Source: Orbicella franksi (Eukaryota). From it: a DNA stretch of 64,000 nucleotides. Below are positions 36,241 through 49,717 of the stretch, one piece after another. Position 1 is the stretch's first letter; each line of letters opens with the position of its first letter. The notes beneath the pieces are model-generated. The model was given only the letters and a program-made list of their open reading frames with translations, had not been told where the DNA came from and made no database searches. The stretch lies in assembly GCA_964199315.1 (NCBI GenBank), contig OZ116700.1, positions 15,748,001 to 15,812,000 of the forward strand. Direction: 5' to 3'. A program made the position numbers and the translations under genes.

Positions 36241-38107
36241 TGATATTATAATCAAGTTATCGTCGCAATGTAGGCTACGTTTATCATTTGCATGCTATCA
36301 AGGCAGCTTGTAGTTCCACGAATAATCAATTCCTTTTGTTATGAGATTTCAGCAATAGTGATTCATTGTCTATTCAGATCGCATATAGTTTGCAATGTAG
36401 TACAGTTATTGTATTTACTTTTCAGTTTTTACGTATTGGACCAATAAAGATTGTAATTAAACTTGGTTCGATGTCCAATTCAGTCAGAAAACCTATCGCC
36501 GTTACAGTAACACAACCAAATTTCAATGAATTTCTTGGCTTTTTGAAGAAATTTTGCTTCAAACAAAATTTACACGACTTTTCCACCAACCTTTCAAGGC
36601 ACCTACTGTTTTATTCCTTCAGAACTTTTGAACGATAATTCCCTGTGGACACTAACGAGTCATGAAATTCTAAGGGAAAGTTCGCTCTTTTCGATTGTTA
36701 ACCGCAAACTTTTGAAAGACAGAAAGTTTACTCTGGTTGTTAACCATTTTGATACAAACTGAGCGAAATACAGCTACAGTTCGATTTGTTGTTGTGTAAA
36801 GAGACGCAGTGAACATCTGAAATTAGGTTCATCAACTCAATCAACTATTATATCGATCTTACCTGTTGAATGTTTGATTGTTAATGCATCCTAACAGCTA
36901 AAAGCATCAGAGTTTCTGTAAAAACTTGCTGTTTCAACCACGTAAGAACTCCAGGTAAGTAAAACTTGCACAAAGTGCCATTTTGTGAAGGTAAACCCCT
37001 TCATGTAACAGAACATGACATTTCCCGTTGGGATTCCAGTCTGCAAGAGTGAGCATGATCTGCATTGTTTGCAGCCATGTCAACTTTATGAAGGATGCTC
37101 CTGTTAAATAGATTACTCTCAACAAACAAAAACAGAAAGGTAATGTTTTCATTGTTTTTTACTCCAAGAAAGGGCTTGTGTGCGATAGGTAACCAGTTTC
37201 ATCTGCAAAAAGTAACACACTTGATCTAGCTTCCTGAACATGCACCACAGGAAAACCACTTTTGATTACTTTCTAGTAGTATAGCGTAAGTGTGAGTTCA
37301 GTTAAGAATTATCAACCAATTGCTAATTAAGACTGCTAAATACATTTGAACTACTAGTGAAATAACTGGCTAAACTATCGTCAATGCAGATTTTCCGTAG
37401 GACTTGACAAGAATGTTGGTTCCTCAATAATCCCGCACAATTCCCTGCACAATCAAAGGTTTAATTCTTCCGCACAATGTGCCTCCAAATTCACACGTTA
37501 TTTTTTTCCCCTGCACCCTACTTGAAAGCCAACTAACTTGGAGGTAAGATATTTAATTCAAGTTACCAGAAGTGTTATCTTAACAACATTGGAGATCGAC
37601 ATATTTTGCACAGTGTTTTTAATGAGCTACAAGTCCAAAAATGTTTTCATATTTAGCTCGTTTTATTGCAATTTGATTTGTTTTACTGCAATGTTCTAAA
37701 TAATAACAGCAGTAGCCACATACCGTCATTGACTGCATATTTTTTGCCAGCGTTTTCGTAGATTGAACTCAAACTGCAATCGGCTCAGTTAATTGTTATC
37801 TCACGAGAATGATTCGAGCATGAACCTTGCTTACTTGGCTGGCTTTCAAGGAATATAATTCGTGGACCGACCCTTTCTGAAAACGATTGACATCTTTGTA
37901 TGTGAGATGAACACATAAGGCATGATTCTTGCCAAAACTTTCTTCGCAAAACACTGCATTCTGTCATGAAGAGCGAGCAATGTCGCGTTTCTCGTCCCCA
38001 GTTTCAATGGTCTACGCATGGAACGCCTAGGACCATGACCCCCCCTTTTAGCGACCAAGACGCTAGCATTTTAAGACTCGGGCTTTCCTACGGAAGCCCA
38101 AGTAATA

Positions 38108-40345
38108 CAGAATTTACCTGTGTATAAGTCGACCTTTCAAGACCTAAAAATCAGTCTGAAAATTTGCCCTCAACTTGTACATGGGTCAAAACTTGAGATC
38201 CAAGCATTAGTTAAATAATTAGCATAATAATTGTCTTTCAATGTTAACAAACATGTAATAAATGGCAGCACAGTTTACAATGTATGTTCGCTTAGCGATC
38301 TGTTAATCTATATCAGAGCTCCAAGTTGAAATGCATCAACATTTATCTGCTAAATGTTAACCTGAATGTTGTAGATACTCAATGGCTCAATTTTGTCATA
38401 AAGAACCGATATTTTTCCTGTAAATAAAGCTGTAAAGCCTCTCAAAGAAAACATCTTTCGCGCATCAAACTTCTCTGCTTAGTAACCTGGCAGGATATGG
38501 TCTTGAGCACACGAGGACTTCTGTTTGTTATGCGTGCATGTTCTGACAATCAAGTATGGTTGGTAAGTGGTTTTTTTTCTTGTTACATGAGTGAACCAAT
38601 TAAACTGCTGTCGCTAAGTTAGATGTTTGGATTCTTACGAATGTTGCTAGTGTTGGAAAGATCTTTTGTTTTTGGTTATGCATGTGGACCAATTAAAGTA
38701 CTGTTGGTAAGTTCTTTTGTGTTGTTAGCTTTTGGTAACTAAACAAAGACCAATCAAAATGCTTCTTATCGATAGAAACAAACTCACTTGTTAGCGTGTT
38801 CATCATTTCTAACAAGGTCTTGACCGCGTTGCATCAACTGTTTACAAAAATGTCTTCCAAGCAAACAAAGTACATCACGAAGTTTAAGTTGCAAGTTGTG
38901 AAGTTTGCTCAGAAATTGAACAACTGCGCAGCAAATCGAGAGTTTGGTGTCAATGGAAAGTTGGTTCATGACTGGTGAAAGCAAGCCGAGAAACTTGAGT
39001 GTATGCCCAAGGACAAGTGCAGCAACCGAGGGAAAACAGTGCCAGTGGCCAGAACTGGAAGACAAGCTCGTCAACTGGATTGAAGATCAGCGGCAGTTTG
39101 GATACACCGTGACCTGCAACATGATCCAAATCAAGGCACTTGCAATGATTGACGAACTGAACATCACTGGCTTACAGGCATCCAACAACTGGTGCATGCG
39201 ATTTTTACGTCGCAACAACCTAGCTCTTGGCCAGAAGACAAAGATTGCTCAGAAGCTGCTGGGAGACCTAGAGGAGATGATTTTAAACTTTCATTGCTTT
39301 GTGCTGAACTGCAGAAGGAAAGCCAACTACGAACTTGTGAACTCCAGACTCCTGTCTGGTTCGATATGCCTTCGGCCAGAACAGTCAGCACATGAGGAGA
39401 GAAAACCATCTCCATCAATACAACTGGCCATGAGAAGTCCTGCTTCACAGTCGTCCTTTCCTGCCTGGCCGATGATACAAAGTGGAAGCCCACGATCATT
39501 TTCAAGCAAAAGACCAAGCCTAAAGAAACGTTTCTGCCAGGTGTAGTTGTACATCATCCCTAGGGCTGGATGGATGCAGACGGCATGAAGCTGTGGATTC
39601 AGAAAGTCTGGAGTTTGTGACCTGGTGGTTTGCTGAGAAGAAGCCTACTTGTCTGAGATGCATTTAGGGCACCAGTGATGATGAGGAAGACTTCGACGGC
39701 TTTTAGCAAGCAGGGACTGTGCTTGCTTACAAAACGGTTCCTTTAGGAGCCACCAAAATAAAACAAAAGTCAATGACCAACTGTAAAATTGTTTTAATTG
39801 TTTTTTTTAATGTTTTGCATGCAGGCGAATGCAAAATTTTCAAGCAATTGAAAGCCCAGGTAAGCAAGCCACCTGTAGCTTTAGTTTTATTTCAGTTACC
39901 AGTACTTGACCGATTTCGAGGATTGGCTACCAAGTTCCCCAACTTTGTTTATCGACTCGTTTTGGAAGAGTCTTGAGCTTCTTTGGTGTTTTGCCTGTCT
40001 TGTAAAGCCACTTCTTATCTCTTCACACTTAAAAAGGATCGTTTGAAATCATCATGTTTGATTTTGTGAGCATTTCATAAAAATTATCGTCAAAAAGCCC
40101 GCATACACACATGTTGCTAAACTGGATAAAACACTTTTTTACGTGCCATAATAAGCTTACTAAAACTTAATGTTGAAAGTTCCTGTGATTTGTTCACATA
40201 TCCGTAGTAGCTGAAAGAAAATTCTAAGAAATACAAAATAAGTTTTCCAGAAATTCTTACCTGGAAATTAGGAAAATCTAGTTTTTTGCCTCAAAAATGG
40301 GGGGCGACTTATACACAGGATCAACTAATACATGGGTAAATACGG
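38108..40345 (+). mobile_element. pogo/Tigger-type (Tc1/mariner superfamily) transposon, decayed
   Basis: TA TSD (38106-07, 40346-47); TIR CAGAATTTACCTGTGTATAAGTCGACC / ...CATGGGTAAATACGG. Confidence 0.85.
38850..39670 (+). pseudogene. pogo (POGK-like) transposase: Brinker DBD, CENP-B HTH, partial DDE
   Basis: KFKLQVVKFA..AANREFGV; QWPELEDKLVNWI; ASNNWCMRFLRR; QTPVWFDMP; GWMDADGMKLWIQKVW; frameshifts, stops and truncation after the second D region. Confidence 0.88.
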
Positions 40346-42009
40346 TAAGCGTTTTGTCCAGCTTGTGAAAACGTTTGCATCGTTCGTTTGGTTCCTTTCG
40401 TTTCCATCGTTTGGATTGTTTGCAATGTTTCTATTGTACGTTTTGTTTTTATCGTACGTTTCTATTATTCATTTGATTTCTATTTTGAGTATCGTTTAGA
40501 ACCTGGGTTTTGAACTATCTTTGGCATTGTTGTTCTTGCGTCTGTTACTTGGTGACTTGCCACTGGCACATGAATCTTGACTTCAGCTTCAATTGATGCA
40601 CAGTTCAGGCACAGGCAGGCACAGTTTAGGCACAACGAATGCAAATTTTACATAACAATTTATGAATCTACCGACGTGAAGATCATTTAAAATGTTCATC
40701 AACATTGTTCAAGGATGGGTTTAGAGTTATTTCACTGAAAGCATTAGCAAGCATGCTTTCCCAATGCATTGAAAAAATGTGCAAAATGTTTGAAGTAAAT
40801 TGCTTGTAAACGGTACTTAGAAGACTGTTGGAGTATCATTTTTGTTCCTAAGCTGGACCAGAACCACGCTGCTCTTCCTAAATTTATTGTGTGACCAGCC
40901 AGTGCTATGAGAGGTTTCAACTCAGAGAACTTGGGATCAGCTGAAAGTTTTATGGCTTTCAGCGGCAGCATTAAGTTACTCATGTCATGTCAATTTCTGT
41001 TACATTAAGGCATGTTTAACATGACAACTTGTTTTAAACTACAAACGAAACTTCCTGTGCCTTCATGAAAACCCTAGACGGATCTCAGACGAAACGATCG
41101 TGTTGACTCTTTTTGTTGACTTTTGATAAGATACAATTACAGTCTGGCCAATCAGAATCATTGGTTCCCACAGCTAGTAAAATTTCAGATTGAATGAAGC
41201 AGAAAGGTTTACCATTGATTTATCCATTTTTTTTATTTAACAGCTTTATCAGTTGATATCTTAATTTTTGTGGCATTATTTATAGGAAATCAAGCAATCG
41301 ATCTTAACTTCAGCGGAAGATAAGCTCTTTCAGTTTTGACGTGTATTTTCTCATCTAAACAAAACAACCGGTTAGAAGTTTTTTTCAACATTTCAAAACA
41401 TTACAAAATTGGTTGCAAGAAACAGATGATCATTTTGTTTACAAAGCCAGTTTTTTGCATGAAGGGTCCCTGGAAATCCCTCATGATGTCAACCGATCAC
41501 GTAGGTCTTTGAAGAAATAAACTTGAGGTGCGCAATTAAACGTTTGAAACGAAAGGAACGATAGAAGGAAAGCGAACGATAGAAACGATAGAAATGGAAC
41601 ATTTGACGCATTTAACACCAGGAAACCAAACAAATGTTAAACATGTTGTAAACATTGCAAACTCTGCACCGTTTGGGATTGAAAATGTAATGCCGCTTAC
41701 AAGAATTTCAGTGAGTCGTGTAAATTTTTCTCCTTGTTACTCACTAACCTGGCAAAAAAGAGGAGATTCAAACAACAACACCACAAGCTGATATAACAGA
41801 GAATCTATGACTACGATTGTTTTCATTCACATTCAGTCCATAAAAAAAATATTTGAGTAAAAGTTGGACATTTGTCAATGATTGGTGACTGTACACCAAC
41901 ACCATGCGCATGGCCATATACTTCATATTTAATAAACATATCTGACATATGAAAAAGTTTGCATGCATTACAGGGCCTAATATTAAGTGTGACTGATATT
42001 ATGGATCAA

Positions 42010-42505
42010 TCACTGTCGGTCATGGCCAGTTTTGCATGACGTACCACGAGCCTTTGGCAGAAGAGGCTTCTTGTCATTACTGTAACACATAACTGTTACT
42101 GGTTCCGATGTTTAACCAAACGGTGCAAATAAAATAGATGGGGTACATTCGGCATAGCACAATATTTTCTTGAATCAGGATAGCCATACAAATGTTTGTT
42201 CAGCTGCCATTGTATTTCCTTCTGGAAGTTCCTCTTTCAGTGTGGCTGGGCTGTACTTTTCCTGGCACATTTTGTCCTTGTGGTTGCGAATATGCAGACT
42301 ATTAATAATCTTTTTTATTGACAGCCACGCTTTGTCCCAAGGAGATGGCCATGGCAGAGAATTCCTCGCTGCTTTCAAGCCATCTAAATGGCACATGTTG
42401 TCGTAGGTCAAAAACACTTTGCCCCAGTTGAGTGGATTTATCCCCTTCAAAATGGTAAACAGCCATGACAGAATGATGATAAACACCTGAGATGGGCTTT
42501 CTGAC
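42010..42505 (-). pseudogene. Terminal exon of a KDZ (Kyakuja-Dileera-Zisupton)-like transposase gene
   Basis: Acceptor gatacaatag, then (K)SESPSQVFII..YDNMCHL..INSLHIRNHKD..CQEKYSP..NTMAAEQTFVWLS*FKKILC..HLFYLHRLVKHRN; one stop and one frameshift. Confidence 0.6.
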
Positions 42506-45500
42506 CTATTGTATCATAGATTAATTAATTATTTATAGGTGAGTTCAGAGATTTTACAATATTTATGGACATATGATACATGTACATATATTAATAGGGT
42601 TACCATTAGGCTGACTATAGAACATTTCTTATAAGTGGCCTACTGTACATGTATATTCTTAAATGGTTTCATCAGTTGAATAATTGAACTTCTGACCGAA
42701 TATTCCAAAACAAGCATCTGGAATAAAATAAAATTCTGATCTTCACCATCTTGAGTCAGTTTCTCTGGCACTTTCCTGTTAAAAAGAAAGAAGTAATTCA
42801 GGATAATTCGATTTATGTCGCATTATAGGAGGAAAAGCAAATATGCGTAAGCAAGTTTGAACAGAGACAGGATCGTAAGATTGAGAATTCACCTGGTTAG
42901 GTCGACAAATAGTTCATCAGCAGTTTAATGGCGACTGGTTGTGTCTTTTTGTGCTCTGAAATTCTTGCTATTCTTCTGCTGTTTTGCTGCTACAAAACAG
43001 CAAACACGAGACTCCCAGCAAAAGTAAGTAAGGCATTTCCAAGTCGTCCTACATTTAATGTGGCTGAACTGCAAAATGATATCAATACGGCCATGATTAT
43101 GCCAATGCTTACCAGCCGCCATCTTGGATCTACACGTGGTCTAAGAGTAAAGCACTTCCTTTCTTCAAGAGTCAATTATTACACAAACGCAATTACCAGT
43201 TTCCAGATTGCCCGACTCTTAATTTCTGAGGATATTTGTCCAAATCCAGGGCCTAATCCAATAACAAATTGCTCAATCTGTACACGAACCATAGGTCGAA
43301 ACCACTGAGCAATAAGCTGTGACTCGTGCACTTTGTGGTGCCACATCAACTGTGGAAATGTGAATCCCGCCAATATAAATGGATGAAACTGGCCAATGAT
43401 ATTTATTGGACTTGTCCTCGCTGCCTTTTATCTGCATTACCTTTTGCTGTTAGTAATATTGAGCTCGTCAACAACCTCTCCATAGCGAACTCCACGCAGA
43501 CCACTGAAACCATGGGCCAACTACTTCACTCTGCAAACACCTGCTCTCCAAAGCCTGCCTATGGATCAGGAAAGTTTTGATGCTTACTTGCTAATGCTAG
43601 ATCACTAAGAAACAAATTGCTGGATTTTCAAGCTGCAGTTTATGGTGCAGACTTTGATATCATCGCCGTAACTGAAACATGGTTAAATTTGTGTATCTTA
43701 GACCATGAAATCCTTCCCTCAGGATACCAGTTGCACAGGAAAGATCGCCAGGATCGTCGAGGTAGAGGAATTCTGTTTGCATCACGAAGTGATCACGTGG
43801 TAATCAGAAGAAACGATCTGGAGACTGACTGTGAGCTAATGTGGAATGAACTACAAACTGCCTCTGGTCTTAAGATTTTGTTTGGTACCTTTTACCGTCC
43901 CCCAAATACTGGTAAAGACTACCTACTTCTCCTTCAAGAATCCTGCTCCCGTATAAACTACTTCAATTTCAACAAGATTTGCCTTGTTGGAGATTTCAAT
44001 CTACCCAACTTTGACTGGATAAATCAGATTCCTCTCTCTTCTGATCAACTATACCTAAAGACCTATGAAATCACGAATGACCTATTCCTCACTCAAGTAA
44101 ACACATTTGCTACCCGTGATAAAAACATTCTGGACCTGGTTCTAACTTCCATGCCTGACTTAGTTACTGATCTGTCCATGAGTGAAGGGTTTCTTACATT
44201 CTGACCACCTCAGCATATCCTTCAATATCTCTACCAAACCAACATGTACCAGAGCTATGGCAAAAGAAATCCTAAATTTCAAAAAAGCAGATATGGATGA
44301 ACTAAAGAAAACCCTGTTCTACATACTGTGGCATGTTGCTATGTTAGATGATGACATAAACATGAATGTAATCAAGTGGGAGGACCTTTTCTGGGCAGCA
44401 GTAAATGAATTTGTTCTTCGCAAAAGGGTCAGGGACAAGCAGACACCCCCCTGGATTGACCCTGAAGTAAAGGCACTGTGCAGAAAGAAGGACAAGGCCA
44501 GTTGAACAGCTTTGACAACCAAAAACCAAGACCATATAGACAATTTTAAATCTCTGAGAAGAAATGTAAAGAAACTGATCCACAAAAATTACACTGACTA
44601 CCTTCACAACCTCGCTGATTCAGTGGAAAAAGAACCAAAAAAGTTTTGGAGCTTTTACAGCATTAAAACAAAATCCAGAAAACTCCCACTGGCTATCAAG
44701 AGAAACAAAGATGACATAAACCCAGTCACTGCATCTTAAAGAAGAGCAAATCTCTTTAATGATTACTTCCACTCAGTTTACAGACACACCAGTGCTGAGC
44801 CCCCACCACCAGGATCCCATCCTGTTGTACCTATTCACAAACTTTCAAGTGTGGCTGTATCTGCTTCTGAAGTAAAATCCATCCTCAACAATCTGGATGC
44901 ATCATAAAGCCCCCGACCAGATGGATTAACTGCAAGGCTACTTAAGAGCATAAATCCGAAAATTTCGAGAATCGGCCGACAGAAGCAAAATGACGAATTT
45001 TTTCTTATTTGACCAAAAGAACCCTTTTGGTGAACTATTTTCAGAGATGATATCAAAAGGTTCGATTTCCTTTTCCTTTCTTCAAAATTTGCAAAAGTTG
45101 AAAATTCGGCCACAGGGTCTTCAGCAGCAGGCCTGAGGCTTGAAATTTGGCACATGTTTGACATGCTCATATGGACGTACCAAACATTGTCTTAACATGT
45201 CCTTTACACAGCATGTGGGGCATCTCTTAAACTTAACTGGGGACTAAATTTTGTTTAAAAATGTTTCCTTTTACAAAATAGTTGAACTTCGGAAACTGAA
45301 CCATTTACGGACCTAAAGTCATAAGGCCAATATTAGCAAACTTTGAACTTGTCAAATGCTCTCTGTTATATTACAGTCAAGTAAAAAAAATATAACCAAA
45401 TCAAAGCAGGTTCTTTATTCTACTCGCCTGGAAAAAATTACAAGTGGCCCGTAAAAACTGTTCCGTTGAAAGAATTTTCTGTGAGGTCACTTTAACGCAT

Positions 45501-46434
45501 ATCTCCCTTAATGAATTAATTGTTAATTTTTGCGCAATTGTTATTCTTTCCGACCTTTATTTATTTTGTACATTTCCACTAAATCTTTCAAGGTAAAGAA
45601 TTGAAATAACTTCAAGATAAGAAGTTCAAACACGTTTTTACAACTCAGCTTATCAATGGACCAATCTGTTTGTTTTTTCAATAGCACTAGTCCTTTATCA
45701 GGAGTCACACAAACTATTTCACACAGTAGGGAGCTTGACTCTGGCTTCGATGGATCCTTTTTGACATGGATCTTATGCAATATAACTAATACTTTTGCTA
45801 CAACGAGTACAGATAGCCAATCAAGCAATGGAAATACAAAATCCGTGAACTGTGAAAGGGATTTTTTTAAACACAGACAACGATCATAATTTAATCGAAC
45901 AAGGAACGTCGCGTTTAACTTTACAGTATCACTACCATTAGTAAACACTTGCCTGCCTTGTTGTAGTATTTCTAAAGGGCAAAATTTCCATTTACCAAAA
46001 AGTTTGACATAGTATATTCCAGAATTGGTGTATATTAGTAAGATGTTATTTATGTTTCTTACTTTATGATTAAATATTTCACTGAGCTTCGGAAATTAAA
46101 ATAGTAGACATTATTAAGTTAAACAAAAATCCTTGAAAACGTTAATTAAGAGATTCATTCTTAGCTTTGGAATTCTCAATACGTTATTCATCACATTGCT
46201 ACTTTTTTCATGAAGTTTACCTTGATAAAGATACTACTTTTAGGCCAGTGAAAATACATATTCCCCAATCACACCCCTAAATTGTGTTGCGTGATAATGT
46301 AATCAGCAATAACTTGCCTGAGATACGGATCGATTTAACTAGCTACTGAACGTGAGTGGTTCAGGTAAAAGTTATTTGCATCAAACACTTCACTTCACAG
46401 CGAGCGCTTTCTGACCAGCTATTTATATTCTATC

Positions 46435-47090
46435 ATGGCATGCGCATGTGGCTATTCATCGCTAGTGGGTGGAGAGTGCGGTTCGAGTAAAGAGAGACCC
46501 GCGGATATAAAATGCGTTACCATACGAGAGGGTACAAAGGAATTGTATAAACATCTTGCATTCCACAAAATCAGCGATGATTCCACTGTTGACTCCGAGT
46601 GGAAGCTGCTTCTTGCAAGGGCAGGTAACGTGCAATGGTCAATTTACTGTAATCCTAAGATGCCATTTTAACCTGTTTTTTCCAACGTAGCATCACTTTT
46701 TTCTGACGAAGGTTGGGCCTTCATCATGGGAATGTTTCGAGGCAAAGTTCGATATCGGGCATGGAACAGGGAGAAAAGAAGTCCCGAGTTTGTTGCCAGG
46801 GAAATGAGACACGCCAAAGATGCTGGCGGGGAAAAACTGTTTTCAAGCTCTGAATTTCTTTCCGCCTAGCAGATTTCCTCGTAATTTTCCCGCCTTCCTG
46901 CAAAAGGGCGCTCTCAACTAGTTTCCGAAATAGATCTTTGTGCAGTAGAGGAAGAATATAACTTTGCCTCAGCAAGGGAAGCAGTCCTTTTTACCCTAGA
47001 TTTGCTGCATCCAATAACATATGACCAGTTTAATATTTACAGGTTAGTTCGGCATAGAAAGCTTAGTAAGCTGAAAGTTGGCATGCTGTA
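46435..47090 (+). pseudogene. Sola3 transposase remnants (N-terminal exon plus C-terminal fragment; catalytic core deleted)
   Basis: MACACGYSSLVGGECG...LLLARAG|GTAACG, then KFDIGHGTGRK..PEFVAREMRHAKDAGGEKLFSSSEFLSA*QISS*FSRL. Confidence 0.6.
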
Positions 47091-48189
47091 AATGATTGTT
47101 GATGCTTTAAATCTGGAATCACTAGTACCACTTGTCAGGAGAAAAGCTCCTAACCTCACTACTCTTGAGGAAGCTGTAAAAAATGATCATGCACTGGTGG
47201 TGTTTAATATTACTGATATCATTAACTCTCTTAAAATGTTAAGAGGACTGTTCTTTGAGATGCCAATTTTAATGTTTTTTCAACCCTCCCTTTAACCTGC
47301 AGACCGCCGCTTTGCGCTGTAGTTGTTTTTCATGAGCATAGGGCATCGGTACTGAGAAAATAGCGTGCTGTGTTACAAGGCACTCTTGCTTTGGGTGACC
47401 TCAAAAATCTGCCAGGAGAAAAGACGAAGGAAAGAAGATAGGTAGTGATGGTTTACTGCCTCTCAATTCCAAATTTTTCTTTTATTGGTCTCCTGTCGTT
47501 GATGAGTATACATGCGTGACTATTGTCACGCAACAACCCTGAAATGGCAAAACTGTTTGACGGTTCACAATGCAGGTTGACCTTTTTGCATAATGCAGAA
47601 CTTTACTTAGCAAGCTAAACTGTCATCAAGTGAGAATTTTCACTCGTGTAGGTTTTAAATTTACAATAGGCCCATCAATTTCAGTGGAAAAGTAGCAGTA
47701 GGAACAGAAGTGTTAAACACTAAAATCAAATCAGAGGTGAATGCGTCAAGTTTAAAAGTACGCCAGTCAAACAAAGTAGTAAATATTTATCTTGTTTAAG
47801 TTTGGTTGCCACGTAAACGTTACTGCATGACTGTAAATAAAGGAGATTTATTTACCCCACCGGGGAATAAATGGTTTTATGCATCTGGTTAATGCCAGTC
47901 TCCCAGCAAAGGGTTGGGGGGACATCTGGGTCCTTGGGAAACCTATATTTAAGCAGACGAGGCCAGGCTACTGTCCTCTTTTCCCAAACACTCATGCTTT
48001 ACACACAGTTCGTAATTTTTTGCAAGTAGAGCAGGATTTGTGCAGGATTTGTCTGCTTGACTTCTGGAAAAGAGAGCCCCTAATTCGGAGAGCAGACGCC
48101 AAAACAAGTTAAGTATAAACATTGTTCTTTACTGAGACGAACTCTTGTCCGTGCAGTAAAACTTGCGGTGTGACTCGATGGCTCACATG

Positions 48190-48756
48190 CCATGTGCTTT
48201 GTTAGTGGGCCATTCCTTCGTGTGAAGAATGACCGAATTCATTGAACGTAACCAAGAAGAGGGTCGCTATTCGCACACATTTGGTCTAGAAGGTACGTGT
48301 ACCGTCAAAACAATTGGAATCGGGGAAAGAACAGTGGACAAACTGATAAAGCATGACTTACAAGACATTCGTGTCACCGCCCCCAATGTTGTGATTTTTG
48401 ACATTGGCTCAAACGATTTATGCGACGAGCAATCGGACCCTAACACGGTCGCGTTGTCAATTATCGCGCTTGTGGAGATTCTGATAAAGGATGTGAAGCT
48501 TTGATGTTTAATTTTGTGCCAAGTTTTACCCCGGAAAAAACAACCATTTACAGAATACAATGAAAGGGTTTGGCAATTAAATGGTTTACTAAAGGAAGCT
48601 GTCAAAAGCATTCATGCGACGAAGTTCTGGATTCACCGTGGCTTATGTAATCCGTCGCAAAACATTTTTACCCGGGATGGGATTCATTTGAAAGCTGCAG
48701 GTCAGCAGGCGCTGTATAGAAGTTACCGAGGATCGATTGTATTTGCCCTGAACTGA
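48190..48756 (+). pseudogene. SGNH/GDSL hydrolase domain of the Ngaro/DIRS element
   Basis: Block I LLVGHSFV, block III DIGSNDL, block V DGIHL; two in-frame stops. Confidence 0.8.
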
Positions 48757-49056
48757 AAGAGAGATGGGCATGAACTTATAGCTCAGTTATTAGGGCTCGT
48801 ATTTCACAGCAGATCTCAGCTATCTGGAATGTTTTTTCGCTGCTGTTTTTCAATCCTTGTTAATTCGGGGCAAACCAAGCTAGATTAGGGGTATACGTTT
48901 AAGATACTCTTGCCTTCTGTTCTAAATGAAATGTAATTAATAATTTTGAGATTATTATGGCCATGGCCTTGGTACTGTGTGTGTGTACAAGATTATGTCT
49001 CGTATCGTTAATGTCATAGTTAGTTAGGGTAAAGTGTACCCCCCTCCCATATTTTT

Positions 49057-49400
49057 ATCTCCCGTGGTACTGTGTACCATGAGACTGTGTCCCAGAATAT
49101 CTCCCGTGGTACTGTGTAGTGTGAGACTGTGTCTCAGAATATCTCCCATGGTACTGTGTACCGTGAGACTGTGTCTCAGAATATCTCCCGTGGTACGGTG
49201 TACAGTGAGACTGTCTCAGTATGATATTGTTTATGCTGGGGTACTGTGTTACCCCCTCCCCCTCCCCCTCCCCGTTATCTCCCGGGGTATTGGGTACCAT
49301 GAGACTGTGTCTCAGAGTGTTATCATTTATGCTGGGGTCCCGGGTTACCCCCTTTATCTCCCTTGGTACTGTGTATCATGAGACAGTGTCTTAGAATATT
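49057..49400 (+). repeat. 42-bp minisatellite (4 good plus several degenerate units)
   Basis: atctccc(g/a)tggtac recurs at 49057, 49099, 49141, 49183. Confidence 0.9.
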
Positions 49401-49717
49401 ATTGTTATGTTCCTCAATTTCAATAGTGCATGGGGGATTAAGTGGGTGCTATGTTCCCAATTAAATGGGTGTACCTGACACCCCCTTTTGCAGGTACAAG
49501 GGTGCGGTTTCTGGCATGATAAATTTTTGGCAGGGGCTGCTTGCTTCAAGCCAATTATGCAATTACAGGGCCGCTGAGAGAATGAAAACTCAAGGGAGAC
49601 TCTGGAAAGTCTAATACACATACATGGTAATATCACCAGGGTCTGAACATGCCTTGGGGTGACTAGATATTGGAACATGATGGTACTATATAAAATTTTT
49701 TAACATCTGTTAACAGT

